A stretch of DNA of 64,000 nt from Eledone cirrhosa (taxonomy: Eukaryota). This document shows, one piece after another, positions 63,016-64,000 of this stretch. Each line of letters opens with the position of its first letter. The stretch's first letter is position 1. The notes under the pieces were generated by a model that saw only the letters and a list, made by a program, of their open reading frames with translations, made no database searches and was not told the DNA's origin. A program made the position numbers and the translations under genes. Location: NCBI GenBank assembly GCA_964016885.1, contig OZ024758.1, forward strand, positions 18,972,001 through 19,036,000, given 5' to 3'.

Positions 63016-63740
63016 AACTAATGCACGAGGAGTTCAAGATTTTCATAACTAAATATCAAATGGAAAGAATTAGAAATGTATGCGTGTTTTTATCAACGTT
63101 TCCAGTTTATGTCCCACAACTTAGCTATTTAACAAAAGAAATAGATATATAAGTAGTACCAAACCTTAAACTATATATATACTTGAAAGGGCGGGGAGTT
63201 GATATAATGTATTCACTTCCTTTAAAGATTTGCACTAGCATGAGAAAATATAATGATTGAAAGCAGTAACACAATTTAAACATAAAAAAACTTCCATCTA
63301 AAACTTTCCTTAGACAATGATTCATTCTCATTCGTTTGTTCCAATATTTCAATAGTTACACTAAAGTTATAGAAATTATTGACACTACTATGATATATTT
63401 TATTACTTTATTAAGCTACATGCTTGAATATTTTAAAAAACATTTTACTTAGAATATTGATGTTTCTGTGAAGATTTTTAACACTTTCGTTACTATATAT
63501 TTATGATATACGCTGCCTAGGATCTTTAATTCATTTTTAACACAACAAAAACGTTGGAAAGACTTATTTTCTCATTCTTTTCTTAACGACTAATTTTCTC
63601 ATTATTATTTTATGGTTCGGGACATAAGTTTTGAACATAAGTTTCTCACATAAAATGTTGATGGTAGATTTATATGACGAGGAGCAATAGTTTTGAAATA
63701 TATATATATCAAAGGTATATATATATATTTATTAAAATAA

Positions 63741-63814
63741 CAGATTAAAGTTTAAGCAAAGAATCGCTGCTTTCACCCTTAACGGGATCTTCTGAAACTG
63801 ACAAAGTCAATCTG
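63741..63814 (-). ncRNA. Family B type I hammerhead with U4A core variant
   Basis: CAGATTGA-ctttgtc-AGTTT-CAGAAGA-TCCCGTTAAGGGT-GAAA-GCAG..TTGC-TT-AAACT-TTAATCTG. The host element probably runs off the window end. Confidence 0.7.
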
Positions 63815-64000
63815 TGAACGCAGAAGTGAATATTTCAAAAAAAACGTTGCAACCGGAGGAAGACAGGAACACGATACTTTGGTTCGTGGAAACGTTCCCT
63901 AGCAAAGAACGGGAAAATACGAATATAATAGGTAATTATTTGGAGCGTGGAAAAACAATTACACGCAAAAACAAAACCACGTTTATGGTATAAAAGAAGT

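Overview
Eukaryotic, very AT-rich, gene-poor DNA. The (TA)n density and the tRNA-derived SINE families resemble octopus/cephalopod genomes (inference from recall, not checked). No host protein-coding gene can be supported: almost all ORFs in the track are IY/YI translations of (TA)n tracts. The non-repetitive islands between TA tracts are mostly mobile-element pieces: about 20 copies of one SINE, MetaSINE-like SINEs, RTE, RTE-X and CR1-type LINE 3' ends, a bipartite non-autonomous RTE, hAT and pogo-type MITEs, and a Penelope-like (Neptune-type) GIY-YIG remnant. The main unexplained signal is at least 10 unrelated short elements sitting in TA tracts. They share a 'fold-back arm + 3' tail' layout and carry type I hammerhead ribozymes. 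Eight hammerheads have the complete catalytic core, many with palindromic stem III, very long stem II and non-canonical 10.1/11.1 pairs, and one family has a U4A core variant. All structures were folded by eye and no activity is demonstrated.
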